Shown: piece by piece, positions 1 through 15,080 of the stretch
Position numbering within the stretch: position 1 is the first letter of the stretch
Layout of the letters: every line of letters begins with the position of its first letter
Source of the DNA: Eledone cirrhosa
Taxonomy: Eukaryota
Length of the DNA stretch: 64,000 bases
NCBI GenBank assembly: GCA_964016885.1
Contig: OZ024743.1
Coordinates: 48,174,001-48,238,000, forward strand
Direction: 5' to 3'
The notes under the pieces: model-generated
Database searches by the model: none
What the model saw: only the letters and a program-made list of their open reading frames with translations
Told to the model about the DNA's origin: nothing
Made by a program: the position numbers and the translations under genes

Positions 1-741
1 GCGTTCCTTTGTCAGTGTTGAACAAACGAGCAATGATGGTTGCTGGACACCATGGCTTAATACGGGATGTTTGTTTACAAACACACCGAGCATTATAATA
101 AATGTTCGGTGAATCCATACGTACATGTATATATGTGTGCGTGTATGTATATATATATACATACTACTGTACGTCTGTATACATATATGTATGTACGTGT
201 ACATACTTATATATATATATATTATTCAAAATATTAATAAATGGAGACATTCATGTAATCAAAATATGTTTTATTATATTTGATGGGCGTGAGCCCGAAA
301 TATTGGGATTAAATCTCTACTACGGTAACCCTTCTACCTTTGTTTTGTTTTCATCTTTGTCTCTCTCAATTTTCACTTTCACCTGTTTTTCCTATCTATA
401 TTTCACTTCCTACCTCGAGATTTCCCTTTGCGTTGTTGTGGCTTTCTTAAATACGTATTTTTACACATTTCACAATGCTTCAAGCAAACTTTAACACCGT
501 TTTATTATATATATTTTGGAGGTACTGTGGTGTTTTTTCAGTACGTCCTCATCAGATAAAATACATAAATTGATGTATGACAGACTGGAATTGGCAGACT
601 GGAATTGAACCATCAGCACAGTTGAGGTATGACCCTAGTCGCTATGATCTCATTTCTACAGCTGAGTAAACTGGTAAACTGGAGCAATGTGAAATAAAGT
701 GTTTTGCTCAAGGAAACAACACATCACTCGGTCTGAGAATT

Positions 742-882
<141 letters not shown>

Positions 883-1130
883 AAAAAAAGATGAAATCGA
901 AAATGCAACTGGAGTCTTATTTTTAAAAAAATATATATATTTATTTGGTTCCTTTACCAGTTTCGCAGTTCTTCTGCTTTTCAAAAGTAGAGTTAAATAA
1001 ATATATATATTTTTTTTAAAATAAGACTCCAGTTGCATTTTCGATTTCATCTTTTTTTCTTTATACTTTCACTCGTGTAGGACACCTCGGTTATTTTTCA
1101 TTTTGTAAAAAAAAAAAAACCTCACTTTCT

Positions 1131-1199
<69 letters not shown>

Positions 1200-2992
1200 A
1201 ATGGAAGTTAAAGAAAAATGGAATAAAAGAGAGAATGAAAGAAAGGAACTGAAGAGGGTTTGAGAGGAAGAGTGGAAACTGGAAAGAAACAAAGGAATTT
1301 CATGAGAAAAGTGAATAAATAAAGAAACAGAAACAAGATGACAAAACAGAAGAAAAACAACAACAACATCTACTACAACAATAAAGTTGATTGTTTTATA
1401 ATTAATTACGGGCTCCAACTGAAGTGTTTTGTAGTAAATCATCCAGTTTTGAAATACTTCAAGGTTTGTAAATCAACATTTACACAGTGATATAACGCTG
1501 TATCTAATTAGTTCCATGCTAATTTCAAAGGTAAATTTAATTACAGAAAACAGGTTTTTGTTTTTATTATGTATATTTTTGTCAGCTGATAAATGTTGGT
1601 AGAAAATAATTGTTTCTACTTTTGGCACAAGGCCAGCAATTACCCAGTACATTACTGGTACTTTATTTTATCGACCCCATAAGGAAGAAAGGCAAAGTTA
1701 ATCTCGGCGGGATTTAAATGTTGGTAGAAAATAATTGTTTCTACTTTAGGCACAAGGCCAGCAATTACCCAGTGCATTACTGGTACTTTATTTTATCGAC
1801 CCCGTAAGGATGAAAGGCAAAGTCAACCTCGGCGGGATTTGAACTCAGATCGTAAAGGGACGTAACTATGCTGGAAAGCATGGCGTCCGACCATCTACCG
1901 ATACTGCCAATACACCGCCCTTGGAAGAAAATAATAGGAGTTAACTAGTGTTAACTGTTTTGATACTGCCTGAAACCACTTCTGGTTCTATTGCTTAAAA
2001 GTGTTTATATTTATCTAGAAATCTCCCATCATAGTTTTATCTCAGTATAATTGTTAAGTTAAGCTTGAAACACCAGAAAAATAATGAGAAAGTTAGAAAT
2101 ATTTCTAGATTTTTTCTAAATTCTTCAATATTTTCAAAATTATTTGAAAATCATAGGCAATGTCTTTCGTAATAAGTGTGTAATGAAAGCTTTAAACTAA
2201 AGTTATAATAGTTTATAGAATAACTTACATAGGACATCATTGTCATCAGTATCAATTTTATGTTGGTATTAGTTGGACAGTTGTTACAAATCAAGTCAGT
2301 ACCTAGAGCTACTGTCCTCATAGACAGGCCAAGGAACCACATTTTGCATATGTACATTCCATTTTTTACATGGCTTCTACAGCTGGATGCCCTTCCAAAT
2401 GTCAACTACTTTACAGCATGTAAAAGGTGTATTTTATCATGGCACCAGCATTAGAGAGGTTGTCATGCCCTTGATGTGAGTGAATAGACCTCTGAACTCA
2501 TTGTTTCGCAAGGTTTTTATGGTTCGCTGCCCGTCCTAATGCCCCCTTTTTCACTAAGTGAACTGAGTGTATTGTTTTGTGGCACCAGCACTAGGGTATC
2601 TGTAAACTGTTGGAAGATATGTAAGCAAGTTGTAGGCCCACAGCTCATCTCAGAGGTCAGTAGCTCCAATTAAGTACTAACTTGGTCAGTAATAACCCGT
2701 TATACCCATCCTTACATGGAGAAATAACATCAAATGATGATAATGATGAGGAGGAAAAAACAAGTTTTCATCTCTTTTCCTTAGTTTTTATGTACCTCAA
2801 AATTTCTCCAAAATTTAAGCTTCAGTAAACATTGCAATGTTCTCATATTTTAATATTTTAAAATGCAGTCATATATCTGTTTAAATGAAAGTTTTGATTG
2901 AGCTTAATTTAACGTTTTTGTTAGCATATTTCTAACAAGAATATATTGTCTTTGCATTTTAATTATCTAAATAATCAAGAATTATGAGAGGT

Positions 2993-3221
2993 TTAACCCT
3001 TTAGCATTTAAACCAGCTGTATCTGGCCAGAATTCTCTCACCTCTTTCTGTTCAAACCGGCCATAACTAGCCCTTCATACTGATGTTAAGGTATTGTTCT
3101 CAAAATAAATAATATCAAAATCTCATAGATTCGATATTATGTGAGGTAACTATGTGAGATAAAGTGTCTACTATGAAAATATAATAGTATATATAGAGTA
3201 ATGTAAATACTAAAGGGTTAA
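2993..3221. mobile_element. piggyBac-type MITE (~220 bp); other copies at 13498-13701, 21470-21682 (partial), 33126-33801, 51140-51368, 52733-52961, 54843-55071, 57307-57628
   Basis: TTAA|CCCTTTAGCATTTA ... TAAATGCTAAAGGG|TTAA termini with a shared interior. TTAA duplication and CCC/GGG ends are piggyBac hallmarks. Confidence 0.85.
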
Positions 3222-4082
3222 AAAAAAAAAAACTAACGTTCAAATTAATAACACATGACAAATATTTAATTACTGAAATTTAATATTATCTGATACATGA
3301 TAATAAGATTTCAGTCCAAAATTTAAATTTGGACACTTTAATAGAGACAGTTTAAAGCAAGCTGGTATTTAAAGAGTTAAAGTTACTTAATTCTTATTTT
3401 CTCTTGATATTGAAATGTAAATATTAAAATATTGAAATTTAAAATGCGATTAGGAATACAAGTGGCCAAAAAGGGTGTTTGGAGTAATACTACTCAATAG
3501 AATACATAGTTCCAGGTAGAGCTGCTATTTCTCCAAATTGAGAGAGCACAGCTCCGATACTATGGACATGTAACTAGAATGTCTTAGGAAAGAATTGTTG
3601 GACAGATTTTACGGGCAAAACTAACTGGCAGGAGACCCCGAGCAAGATGGATAACATCCATGAGCTTGGCTGGTCTCACTTGGGGATACAGCCAGTTCAG
3701 TTAGAGATAGTTCTGACAGGACCTGCTGGAGGGAGTGTTTGAAGACGCTGCCCACATGACCCTCCCAAGAAGAAGAAGAAGAAGAAGAAGAAATACAGGT
3801 GTAAACCGTTGATTTTTTTTTTTTACTTCTGTCAGTAGAATGGTAAGTAAAAATGTGAAGGGGAGTGTGAGAAAGTAAGAGGTAATGAAGATATAAATAG
3901 ATGAACAACAACTAACAAAATAACCAACATGGTCACTAGACCTGTGAGAAATAGCAGCCAAATACTCCTCCCTCAAATGACACCCTCACATTTCCCAAAG
4001 TGATAGATTGGATAGCATAGTCTGGAATATTCTGTTTGAATAAAAGATGAGATATTTAGGGCTGGAGCCAACTTACAGCTAA

Positions 4083-4206
4083 GCAACAACAACAACAACA
4101 ACAACAACAGCAAGAATGATGCTGTTTTCTAAGAAATTCTACTACTCCAAATCCTCCTCCTCCTCCTACTACTACAACTACTACTACTACAACTACTACT
4201 GCTGCT

Positions 4207-4237
<31 letters not shown>

Positions 4238-5685
4238 ATGGTGATGCTGCTGCTGACGCCACCACCACCACCACCACCACCACCACTACTACTACCACTA
4301 CTACTGCTACTGCTACTGCTACTACTACTACTATTACTATTACTACTACTAACAATACCAGCAACAATAGTAGCGATCATCATCATCATCACCACCTCCA
4401 CCACCACCATCATCATCATCACCATCATCACTATCATTATCATCATCATCATCATTATCTTCATCATCATCATCACCACCATCATCATCATCATCATTAA
4501 CTTCACCTTCATTAATTCTCCTTTCACAACTTTATGAGTAACAGCACCTTCTAGTATTTTTACCACCACCACCACTACCACCACCACTACCACTGTACCA
4601 CCACTACCACCACCACAACTACCACCACTATACCACCACTACCACTGTACCACCACTACCACCACTACCACCACCACCACCATTATACCACCACTACCAC
4701 CACCACCACCACCACTACCACCACCACCACCACCACTACCACCACCACTACCACCACTACCACCACTACCACCACTACCACCACCACCACTACCACCACT
4801 ACCACCACCACCACCACCACCACCACCACCACCACCACTATACCACCACTACCACCACCACTACCACCACCACCACCACCACCACTATACCACCACCACC
4901 ACCACCACCCCTACTACCACCACCACCACCACCACCACCACTACCACCACCACCACCACTACCACTACCACCACCACCACCCCTACCACCACCACCACCA
5001 CCACCACCACCACCACCACTATACCACCACTACCACCACCACCACCACTACTACCACCACCACCACCACCACCACTACCACCACTACCACCACCACCACC
5101 ACCACCACCACCACCACCACCACCACCACCACCACCACCACTACACCACCTCTACCACCACCACCACCACCATTATACTACTTATCCCCTACTAGCACCC
5201 CCACCATCATCATTGCTCCAGTTCTAGTTGTACCAGTTTAGCTTGTTAATCAAGGTGCAGTAAGGTCTTTCTCTCTCCCTCTCTCTTTACCTCTCTAGAT
5301 CTTTCTCTCACAATCTCTCTCACACTCTCTTTCAAAATCTGTCTCTCTCCCCCTCTCTCTGTTTTCTACCTCCCCTCTCACACACTCTTTCTTAGCCCAT
5401 TTATCATCCACCTAACTTGACATCTACCTGCACGCTTCTCTTTTTATCTATCCACCTATCTATCTATCTGCCACCACCATTACTATTACACCACCATCAC
5501 CATCACCAGCACCAGCACCACCATCATCACTATTACACCACCATCACCATCACCATCACCAGCACCAACACCAGCACCAGCACCAGCACCAGCACCAGCA
5601 CTATTACGCAACCATCATCACCACCACCACCATCACCACCACCACCACCACCATCACCACCACCACCACCACTACCACCACAATC
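4083..5685. repeat. Compound trinucleotide microsatellite region (CAA/CTA/CTG/GAT/CAT/CCA)
   Basis: Directly visible. Similar tracts at 7710-8050, 34095-34625, 55315-55520, 55790-55950 and 57860-58280. Confidence 0.95.
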
Positions 5686-5689
5686 AATT

Positions 5690-7553
5690 TAAATCAGTCT
5701 AAGGCTTTTGATAGGGCCGACCATCGATACGTGGAAGCAGTTCTCAAGGCGGCCGGTTTCGGATCTCTCATCAGAGGCTGGATCACAGCCATGCACACCA
5801 ACATCTGTTCGACAGTCAAGGTTAATGGCTACCTATCGGAGCCGTTCCAAATCACTTGTTCCATCTGACTGGGATGCCCTCTCTCCTCCATTCTGTATGT
5901 ACTGACTCTCGAGCCACTACTGTGGAAGTTGAAGATTTTTCAGGGTATCCCTTTGGAACCAGGACTGCGAAAAGCGGCGTCAGCTTATGCCGACGACATT
6001 ATAGTAATGGTGTCGAAAACCTCGGAAATCAGGGCGATCGGCAAATTACAAAAGGAATACGAAAGGCTTACAGGAGCAAAACTGAACCCGGACAAGTCTG
6101 TCAGTTTGCAACTCGGAACGTGGAGAGGCAAACCGATGCCATCCAACAGCATCGTCGGACGCTGGAGGGAAGGACTGGTGAAATTGCTCGGGGTCTGGTT
6201 CGGTTCTGACCTCCAGGTGGAGAAAAACTGGAATGAGGTCACGGCCAAGGTATTTGCACTCACCCAGAAGTGGGCAGAGTGCAAACTATCCTTGAAAGGT
6301 CGGTGGAGGTGGCGAACACTTTCATAGCGTCCATCATCTACTATCGCTTAACCGTCGTGCCTTGTCCCCGTGAAAACCTTACCAAAATGGAACGCATGCT
6401 CTTCCAATTCCTTTGGAAGAAGCAGGCTCCACTGGTGAGGAGATCCGTCTGCTGCCGTGGCTGATGATGCGCAAACACACACTGAGGCTACGGCATCTCC
6501 AGGTATTCCTCACCGACCAACCGGTGTGGGCCCTGTTTCTGAGACAAGCCTTTCCACAACTTGTCTCGCTAACGGAGTTACAGTCCTGGGTCAAGCAGAG
6601 ACCAAAGAAGATGGACGCCTGGCACATCAAATGCGCTCAGGCGCTCACAGTCCTCTATCAAGCAAGCACAGCAATCAGTGGAGACTCCACTTCGACATTC
6701 TATAGAGGGTTAGTACGGAACAAGTGCCACAACGTTCTTGGGGAGACTCTGGGCATCGAAGAAGACGAGCTGACCAGTGTGTTCGGTAGGACTTTCCTTC
6801 CAGGACCTATGGACAACTTCCAAAAGTCCCTGGGCTGGCAGTGCTACCGAGGAGCTCTACCAGTACGCGACAAAGTCTACAAAAAGGACGTGTCCAAGAT
6901 GCGAGCAGGAGATTGAAACCTTCCTGCATGCAATTGTACACTGCCTGGGTGTAACTGACCTGTGGAACTACGCGGAACAACTACTGTCACGTGTGGGACA
7001 AATCCAGTTGACTGCCGAGTCCATAGTAAGGATCAAACTGCCACCTTCATTTAAAAACGAAGGAGAGTTGGTTTTCCGCTGTATGGTGGGTATGGTGAAA
7101 GAGGTAATATGGTGGAGGAGATTGAGAGGACTGAGGACAGGTCCCTTTCTCTCCGGACAACATTCCCTTCTTTAGATACCACTTCAGAAGGAGAATCAGA
7201 GTGGAGAGAGAGGTACTGCACCCTGGTAAATTTACTGAAAGGTGGGTGAATGTGGCGAGAATGGCCTGAGTGATTGTGCCTTCTTTGTATATAAACCTGT
7301 AGGTTGGGGAAGAGAGGGAAGAGAAGAAAGGAGCACTTGCTGGCAAAACATGCTCCTAGAGTTGAGGGTTGTGGCAAATAAATCTACGGGGTGTAAAACA
7401 ACCCAGTTGTAACATCTCCTCCATATTGGGGATTTCGATTGTTAAACTTTTTAATGTTATAATTTTACTCTTTTTACACGATTGTATGTAAAATCCCCGC
7501 CATATGTCCTTGTATTGTCCAATTTCTCGTGCGCCCTTGTGGCAAATAAAGAA
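5690..7553 (+). mobile_element. 5'-truncated, frameshifted L1-group (Tx1-like) LINE: RT and zinc-binding C-terminus
   Basis: Fragments read SKAFDRADH, SAYADDII, LSLKGR, W.CYRGALPVRD and CPRC..EIETFLHAIVHC. Ends in AATAAAGAA followed by (TCTA)n. Confidence 0.85.
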
Positions 7554-8434
7554 ATCTATCTATCTATCTGTTTGTTGATCTGTCTGTCTATTTATCTATT
7601 CTCAGTGTGTATGTATATTTGTAGATGTTATTATTGTTGTTGTCATTCTGACAGCGCTACACTGACACATACAACACTGAAAAGATGTTTATATTGTGTA
7701 TGTTATTGTATATAATGATGATGATGATGGTGATGTGGTGGTTGTAGTGGTGGTGGTGTAGGGATGGTGGTGGTGGTGATGAGGTGGTGGTGGTGGTGGT
7801 GGTGGTGAAGGTGCTGATGAAGATGATGATAATGATGATGATGTGGTGGTTGTAGTGGTGGTGGTGGTGGTAGTGGTGGTGAAGGTGCTGATGAAGATGA
7901 TGATAATGATGATGATGTGGTGGTAGTGGTGATAGTGATTGTGGTGGTGGTGTAGGGATGGTGGTGGTGGTGGTGGTGGTGATTGTGGTGGTAGTGGAGG
8001 GATGGTGATGTGGTGGTGGTGGGTGTGACAACAATAATGACAACAACAACAGCTCCAACAATATGGTAGAGTCCCAGCCGAGCTGGTGACAACACTCCAG
8101 TCCTGTCTTGTTTGACTAAACTCTAAAGAGGTGAACACCACAGAAAAAACAATAACAACAATATTACTCAAAACAAGCAAAAGAAAAACAAAATAAAAAC
8201 AAAGATTGTTTTATTGATCTATTGATTGGCTGATTCGTTTGTTCGTTCCTCTAGAGTTCCAACAGGAGAGGTTGGTAGTGTGGCGGTGGGGTGTGGGAGA
8301 CACACCGCCTGTTTGTCTGTCTGTCTGTCTGACTCTCTTACTCTGTGTGTGTACATGTATGTGCATGTGTATGTGTGTGTATATGTGCATGTGTGTGTGT
8401 GTCTGCCTCTGTCTATCTGCCTGAGGTCCATGTT

Positions 8435-8478
<44 letters not shown>

Positions 8479-8880
8479 CAATACATTAACAGAGAAAGCC
8501 TTAAGCTATACTCTGACTGGCTTCCATCTCACTCAACAAACATTAGGATATACCTTAGTATATCCTAATGTTTGGGGTGCTAACTATATGTATTTTGCGG
8601 AAGGCCAGTAGTATTATTTTATATGAGACATAATTAAAATATATCTCCTTTTCCAAACAATTGTTTCATTATAAGTTTTCTACAAGTTGGGAGAATGTGT
8701 CCGGGTTATGTAGAAGCCTTCACAACATTCCGTAGGAATATATGCAGGTGGGCACTTATAAATCATCAGTGGATGCCCGTCAAACATCGATATAAAAAAA
8801 ATTTTCCTTACCGATGTTTTAATCCCATGTCAGCGATGGTCTCTCTCCGTATCAGAATGACCGCCAAATATATATATACA

Positions 8881-9125
8881 TCAAAGCTGACCATTGATCC
8901 CATACAGAAGCAGAACCTTCCACAGCAGGTCCCGTTGAATGTGGTCACATGCTTTTTGGAAGTCTACAAAGCAAGAATAGACCTCTTGGTTCCCATGATT
9001 TCTCAAAGATCTGCAGCAGTTTGAATATTTGGTCGGCTGTGCTGTATTCAGTGTAAAAACCACACTGTTCATCAGCTAGCTGGGACTCCACAATCTCCCT
9101 ACATCCCTTTGCCAGACACTTGAAA
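8881..9125 (-). mobile_element. Decayed RTE-like reverse transcriptase fragment
   Basis: EQCGF...STADQIF.L.QIFEKSWE and CFVDFQKACDHIQRDLLWKVL, in shifted frames. Confidence 0.75.
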
Positions 9126-9751
9126 TATATAGTAGATCCATACCAACAGGCCCACCTGCCCCTTCTCTGGTCTAGCTTGCCTTTAAATATTAGTCTCTCT
9201 TTCTCTCTATTTTTTCCCATTTGGCTAATAATGACTTCATTCTGAAACACAAGGATTCAACATTTACTTTATTTAAGGTGGGGTTGATGATTAAACCAGT
9301 GGTTCTGACTCCAGTACAGAGTAGGAAGACCCTGTGGTGGGCAATAGGAGGCAATGATGATTAAATCTCTGATATTTGACTCTTAACTCCAGTACATAGT
9401 GTGAGGTTAGAAAGGTGGGTAATAGAGGAGTGGTTGATGTTAAAACCTCTGACTATTGACTCTAACTCCAGTAGATAGTGTGAGGTTAGAGAGGGGAAAG
9501 TAGAGGGGTAGTTAATGCTGAAATCATTGGCTTTAAGACCAGCAGAGAGTGTGAGGTTAGAGAGGGGGTAGTAATCGGAGGCGGTGATGATTAAACTTCT
9601 GATTCTGTGTGAGCTGAGAGAGATGGTGTGAAACACTGCTAAACAAAGCAACTCATTGTTAATTCAATGTTTTATTTCTTCTTAGATAAAAGTGATTTCT
9701 TCAGGTTAGACCCAAGGTCAACTTTTATAGAAGAGGAAATACAGAAGAAAT

Positions 9752-10650
9752 ATACGAGGTGTGTCAGAAACGAAACAGGACTGGGGTCACAAAAAATATA
9801 TTTCAAATCTAAACTACAAACTACTAGTTTTCCCCTTCTAAATAATCCCCCTCAAGTCTAAGGTACTTCCCATCCTTCGCTGCCATACCTCCATGCACTC
9901 CTGGAAGGATTCTCCTGGGATTCTCCACAGCTCTGTCATCACAGCCTTCTTGATGGATTTTATCTACTGAAAACGAGTCCCCTTGATGACCCTCTTGAGA
10001 TTGGGGAAAAGGGAAAAATCACATGAAGCCAGGTCAGATGAGTAAGGAGGCTGCTCCAGCATGGTGATGTTCTTCTCAACCAGGAACTGCCAGATGCTCA
10101 GGGTGAGCTGGCGCAATGTCATGGTGAAGCAGCTGTAAGTTGTCCTGCCACAATTCTTGCCTCTTCTCATTCACTGAACAAAACAAATGCTGCAGGATCT
10201 CTTTGCAGATATGCTGCTTGACTGTCTGGCCCTGTGGCAAAAACTGCATGTGGACAATGCCCCTCACATCAAAGAACGCAATCAACATGGGTTTGACTTT
10301 GGACTTCTATTGTCTTGCTTTCTTCGGCCTTATTGATTCCAGACTCATCCACTGAAGACTCTGACATTTAGTCAATAGGTCATACTCAAAGATCCATGAC
10401 TCATCACCGGTGATGACTCTCTCAAGTCTGGTTCAGTTTCAAGACACTCAAGGATTTCTTCACATATCTGCATGCACTGCTCCTTCTTGTCATCATTTTG
10501 CAGGTTCAGCACCATCTTCACGCAGATTTCTTCATCTCCATACACTTGCTGCAGTATTCCAAGTGTTTATGACGGAGTTTTCCCCAGCTGGACCAAAATC
10601 TTCAGGCTGGTTCGTTGCTCTGTGACCATCATTTGACAGCCTAAAATTGA
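9752..10650 (-). mobile_element. Decayed mariner transposon
   Basis: MLIAFFDVRGIVH..FLPQGQTV, LHHDIAPAH and QPPYSSDLASCDFSLFP in broken frames; TACGAGG-type terminus near 9753. Right boundary approximate. Confidence 0.8.
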
Positions 10651-11047
10651 GGAACTGTTAACAAAAGCATCTGAAAAATACAGAATGGCTGCAGAGAGCT
10701 GAGATTGCAATTATATATTCCTTGGATATTATGTCACACAGTGACGCAACCCGCTAATCCCTACCCCACTCATAGCTCATGCAGCACACTAACTCCTGTT
10801 ACATTAGGGAGGTTGTCGTGTTGTTGCCATGACTGAGGGATCCTCCTAACCCTTTTTTTATAAATATATATGTGTGTGTGAATGTGTGTATGTATGTATG
10901 TGTATGTGTGTGTATGTGTGTGTGTGACAAGGGTAAAAAGTTGAGTTGATGAAAGTTATGCTAACAAAATTTCACCATTTTTCATCTCTTTCTTTTTGAA
11001 AGACACAGAAGACAAATGAAATATCTGAAGTTTCATCTGGTTTTCTA

Positions 11048-11143
<96 letters not shown>

Positions 11144-12362
11144 GCATTGTGTGTGTGCGTGCATGCAAATTGAAAGCTAAAAGGAGGGATGAAGATGAGA
11201 GATGAAATTCATACTTATGGGTTTTCTTATTATTGCTTTAATCAGAGAATATCTCCAAGACTGGAGAAAGAGAAGGTGTGAGAAAGGTCTCCTAAAACCG
11301 GAGACCTCTCCTGGTGATGGATTAACCCTTTTCATACCAATGTGCTTGATGAAAAACCATTGGTCTTTGTTTTCAGGTTTATATTTAAACCTTCCATTAT
11401 AACCTTTTGTAAGAACCGCTTCTGAAGTTATCTTCTAAACACCCTCTTAAAAACAAGAAAGTTATAATATTAAATACCCCGAAATATGTTAATGACAAGG
11501 TTAAGTGCACCACCAAAGTAAAGCACAGCAGGATTTGAACGAAAAGAGCCAGAAATATCGCAAAACATCTCATCCTGAATTGGTACTTTTTATTTTATCG
11601 ACCCAGGAAAGATGAAAGGTTGACATGAACAGTATTTGAACTCAGAACACAAAGGCTGGAACAACAAATACTACAAAGCATTTTGCTCAACGCTCTAACG
11701 ACTCCGCCAATTAGCCGCATTGGAATGAAAAATAAAAATAAATAGGAAAAAAATAGCAGCACGAAGGCATTTAGTCTGGCAACAGTACTGATTCTGATAT
11801 CGATCGTACCCCCTCCCAACTCCTCACCACAACTGCCACCGCCTTCACAACAATACCTAGCAGCAGCAGCAACAACAACAACAACAGAACTATCAGCAAG
11901 ACTCAACAGCTACAGAAACACACCATACGTAGCATTTCCAGAGGAAGTAAAAAAAAAAAAGCGAAAGAAACAAGAAGAAGAAAAGGAAGAAAAGGAAGAA
12001 AGAAAGAAATGACGAAAGAAAGAAGATAAAGAAAGCAAGAAATAAGAAAAGAAAAACAAAAAGAAAGTATAGTAACAACAGAGAAATGAAGTTGCTGCTG
12101 TTTAGTACCATGTCAGTCATGATAGAGCCAACCTATGATCATAGGACATTCCAGCCGTGACCATCCCATCGGCTTTTTGTGCTGCTGTTTTTTTTTCTTT
12201 TTTTTTTTGTGTATTAGGAACTATGTTATCCAATATGTTCTTCAGTGGGGTGTAATTTAAGAGAGATTTGGATGCTATTTCTAGCAGGTCGAACAGCCAC
12301 AAGAGCATTCCTTGTTACAGGAATTAAGTTTTTGCATCAGGCGAAATACTTTCTCTCTCTCT

Positions 12363-12442
<80 letters not shown>

Positions 12443-12848
12443 CTCCTTCTCTTTGATTGTTTATCTGTCTGTTGGTCTGTCTGTCTATCTATTTATCTGT
12501 CTTTCTAACTATCCATTCATCCACCCATCTTTCTTTTCATTCACTTTCCTCACAAAGTTGATTTATTTGCTTTTTCTTTCTTCCTTTCTTTTGACCTTTC
12601 ACACACACACACACATACTCATCCTTACATAGATACGCATAGACACACACTCATTCTTATACACATACACATGCACTCGCACAGGCACACAAACATTCAT
12701 ACACACACTCTCACACTTTCCTAGCCACATATACACACAAACATTCATACACACACATGCACGCACACCAACCTAGTGTTTCGTTTGTTGAAAAGAAAAA
12801 TTCTTTTATTTTAAATTGGATCTACGTTTGTGGAAATATTTCCCTAGC

Positions 12849-13160
12849 ATGATGACACGACAGTTAGGTGCTGCTGAAGTACATACTTCTCCACGTAACA
12901 GTAAGGAGTCCCAAAATCGTCTGTTAATGACTAAAAATGACCAACAGTATGATATTACAGAATTTATTAGTCTCCACCCAGGAGGGGCTGAAATTCTTTA
13001 CAAACACCGCCACGAGGATCTTGGTCGGATAATGACTGCCTCAGAAAATGGTTACCACAAACATTCTCAAGCTGCCTTTCGGATACTGGAGAATTATAGG
13101 ATAGGAGATTACCTTCATAAGACTGACCAGTCGTCTTGTGAAAGGAATTCCATTGACCAG
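12849..13160 (+). CDS. FA2H: Fatty acid 2-hydroxylase, first visible coding exon (cytochrome b5 heme-binding domain)
   Basis: Translates MMTRQL...YDITEFISLHPGGAEIL...HKHSQAAFRILENYRIG, containing the cyt-b5 HPGG motif and the second heme His. Ends at CAG|GTAAGG, a phase-0 donor (312 nt from ATG 12849). The exact start codon is uncertain. Confidence 0.85.
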
Positions 13161-14016
13161 GTAAGGATCGTATTTTATTTCATATCTTTTACAGAGAAAA
13201 AAAAGGTTTCTAATTTAGGCACAAGGCCAGCAATTTTTGGAGGCAGGAGAAAGTCTATAAATTGACCCCAGTACTTTACTGGGACTTTATTTTATCAACC
13301 TCAAAGAAGAATGAAAGGCAAAGTTGACCTCGACAGTATTTGAAAATAAGGTGACTCAGACAATAAGAAAGGAATGTTTTGTTTTTAAACATCATTTCTT
13401 CATAGCTGTAGATCTGACACTGGCAGGATTTGAACTCAGTATGTAAAAACCTAGAAATGATATCACAGTGTATTTTGTCAACTCTCTAATGATTCTATTA
13501 ACCCGTTAGCGTTTACATTCCTCTATATTTACTATTGTATTTAATTATCTCACATAATATGGAATATATGAGATTTTGATATTATTTATTTTGAGAATAA
13601 TACCTTAAAGTTGGTATGAGTGGCCAGTTAAGGCTGGTTTGAACAGAAAGAGATGAGAGAGTTCTGGCCAGATATGGCTGGTTTAAATGTTAAAGGGTTA
13701 AGGTACAACATTTTCTAACATTAAAGCAGCCAACAATCAGGGAGAAAGGGGAAGTCAATAATATCACCACCAGTATTTAACTGGTACTTTATTTTATCAA
13801 ATCAATCCCAAAAGATGCAAGGCAAAGTTGACCTCGGCAGGATTCAAACACAGAACATAAAGGGATGTAACTAAATACCGCAAAGCATTTTGTTTAATGC
13901 TTTAACGATTCTGCCAACTCACCGCAGTATTAATAATAATAATTGTTTCTTTTATTTGCTAAAACATGAGGCCAGCAATTTATGAGGCCAGCAATTTATG
14001 AGGAATGAAACATTGA

Positions 14017-14207
14017 TTAACTCTTTTATGACCATATACTAATGAGGTGCTCTCTATTTTAATTAACAAAGAATTTAGAGAGATTTACTAAAATTATTAA
14101 TAGTGTATTTATTAAAATAATATTTGTAACATAACTTAACAAAGATGGGAGGCTTTGTTTCATGGAACTGGAGATAATTATGGGCAGGTTGGTATCAAAA
14201 GGGTTAA
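14017..14207. mobile_element. Second TTAA-flanked MITE family (probable relative at ~11322-11503)
   Basis: TTAACTCTTTTATGACC ... GGTATCAAAAGGGTTAA imperfect inverted termini. Confidence 0.5.
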
Positions 14208-14291
14208 GTACCAGCACTTGGTTGGTACCATATTTTATTGATCTCTGTGAAAAAACAAACTAAAAAAACTCCTATTGATTTCTAACATAAG

Positions 14292-14976
14292 CATCATCAT
14301 CATCACCATCATCACCATCATCACCATCATCACCATCATCATCATCATCAGCAGCAGCAGCAGCAGCAACACCATCAGTACCATCATCATTGTCATCACC
14401 TTTGTTGTCATCGTCATAATCATTGTCATCATTACCACCACCATCATCATCTATTATACCCCCAATCACAACCATCACCACCACCACCACCACCACCACC
14501 ACCACCACTTCCACCACCACCATCATCATCTATTATACCCCCAATCACAACCACCACCACCACCACCACCATCACCACCATCATCATCTATTATACCCCC
14601 AATCCCCCCCCCCCCACCTCCACCACCACCACCACCACCACTACCACCATCATCATCTATTATACCCCCAATCACAACCACCACCACCACCATCATCTAT
14701 TATACCCCCAATCACAACCACCACCACCACCACCACCACCATCAACACCATCATCATCTATTATACCCCCAATCACAACCACCACCACCACCACCACCAT
14801 CAACACCATCATCATCTATTATACCCCCAATCACAACCACCACCACCACCACCACCACCACCACCACCACCACTTCCACCACCACCAGCATCATCTATTA
14901 TACCCCCAACCACCACTACCACCACCACCACCACCACCACCACCATCATCATCTATTATACCCCCAATCACCACCA

Positions 14977-15008
<32 letters not shown>

Positions 15009-15080
15009 GTTACCATGATGACAATTACTATGAAGCTGACAACAACAACTACCTCCTCCACCACCACTACAACCTGCTCT
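14292..15080. repeat. Minisatellite of CATCATCTATTATACCCCCAATCACAA anchors with variable (CCA)n spacers
   Basis: The anchor recurs about nine times with spacers of differing length. Confidence 0.9.

Noticed and set aside
4056-5692. Homopolymeric ORFs (also at 7.7, 30, 34, 55 and 58 kb, and IY/VC/HT dipeptide ORFs)
   Set aside because: Translations of microsatellites with no splice or domain evidence.
12816-13265. 149-aa ORF as a stand-alone cytochrome b5
   Set aside because: It starts at TTG and runs past a strong splice donor into a SINE; better explained as an FA2H exon.
14292-15080. Constant anchors with variable spacers (CRISPR-like) and Pro/His/Thr-rich ORFs
   Set aside because: The spacers are just (CCA)n of varying length; this is slippage-derived repeat DNA.
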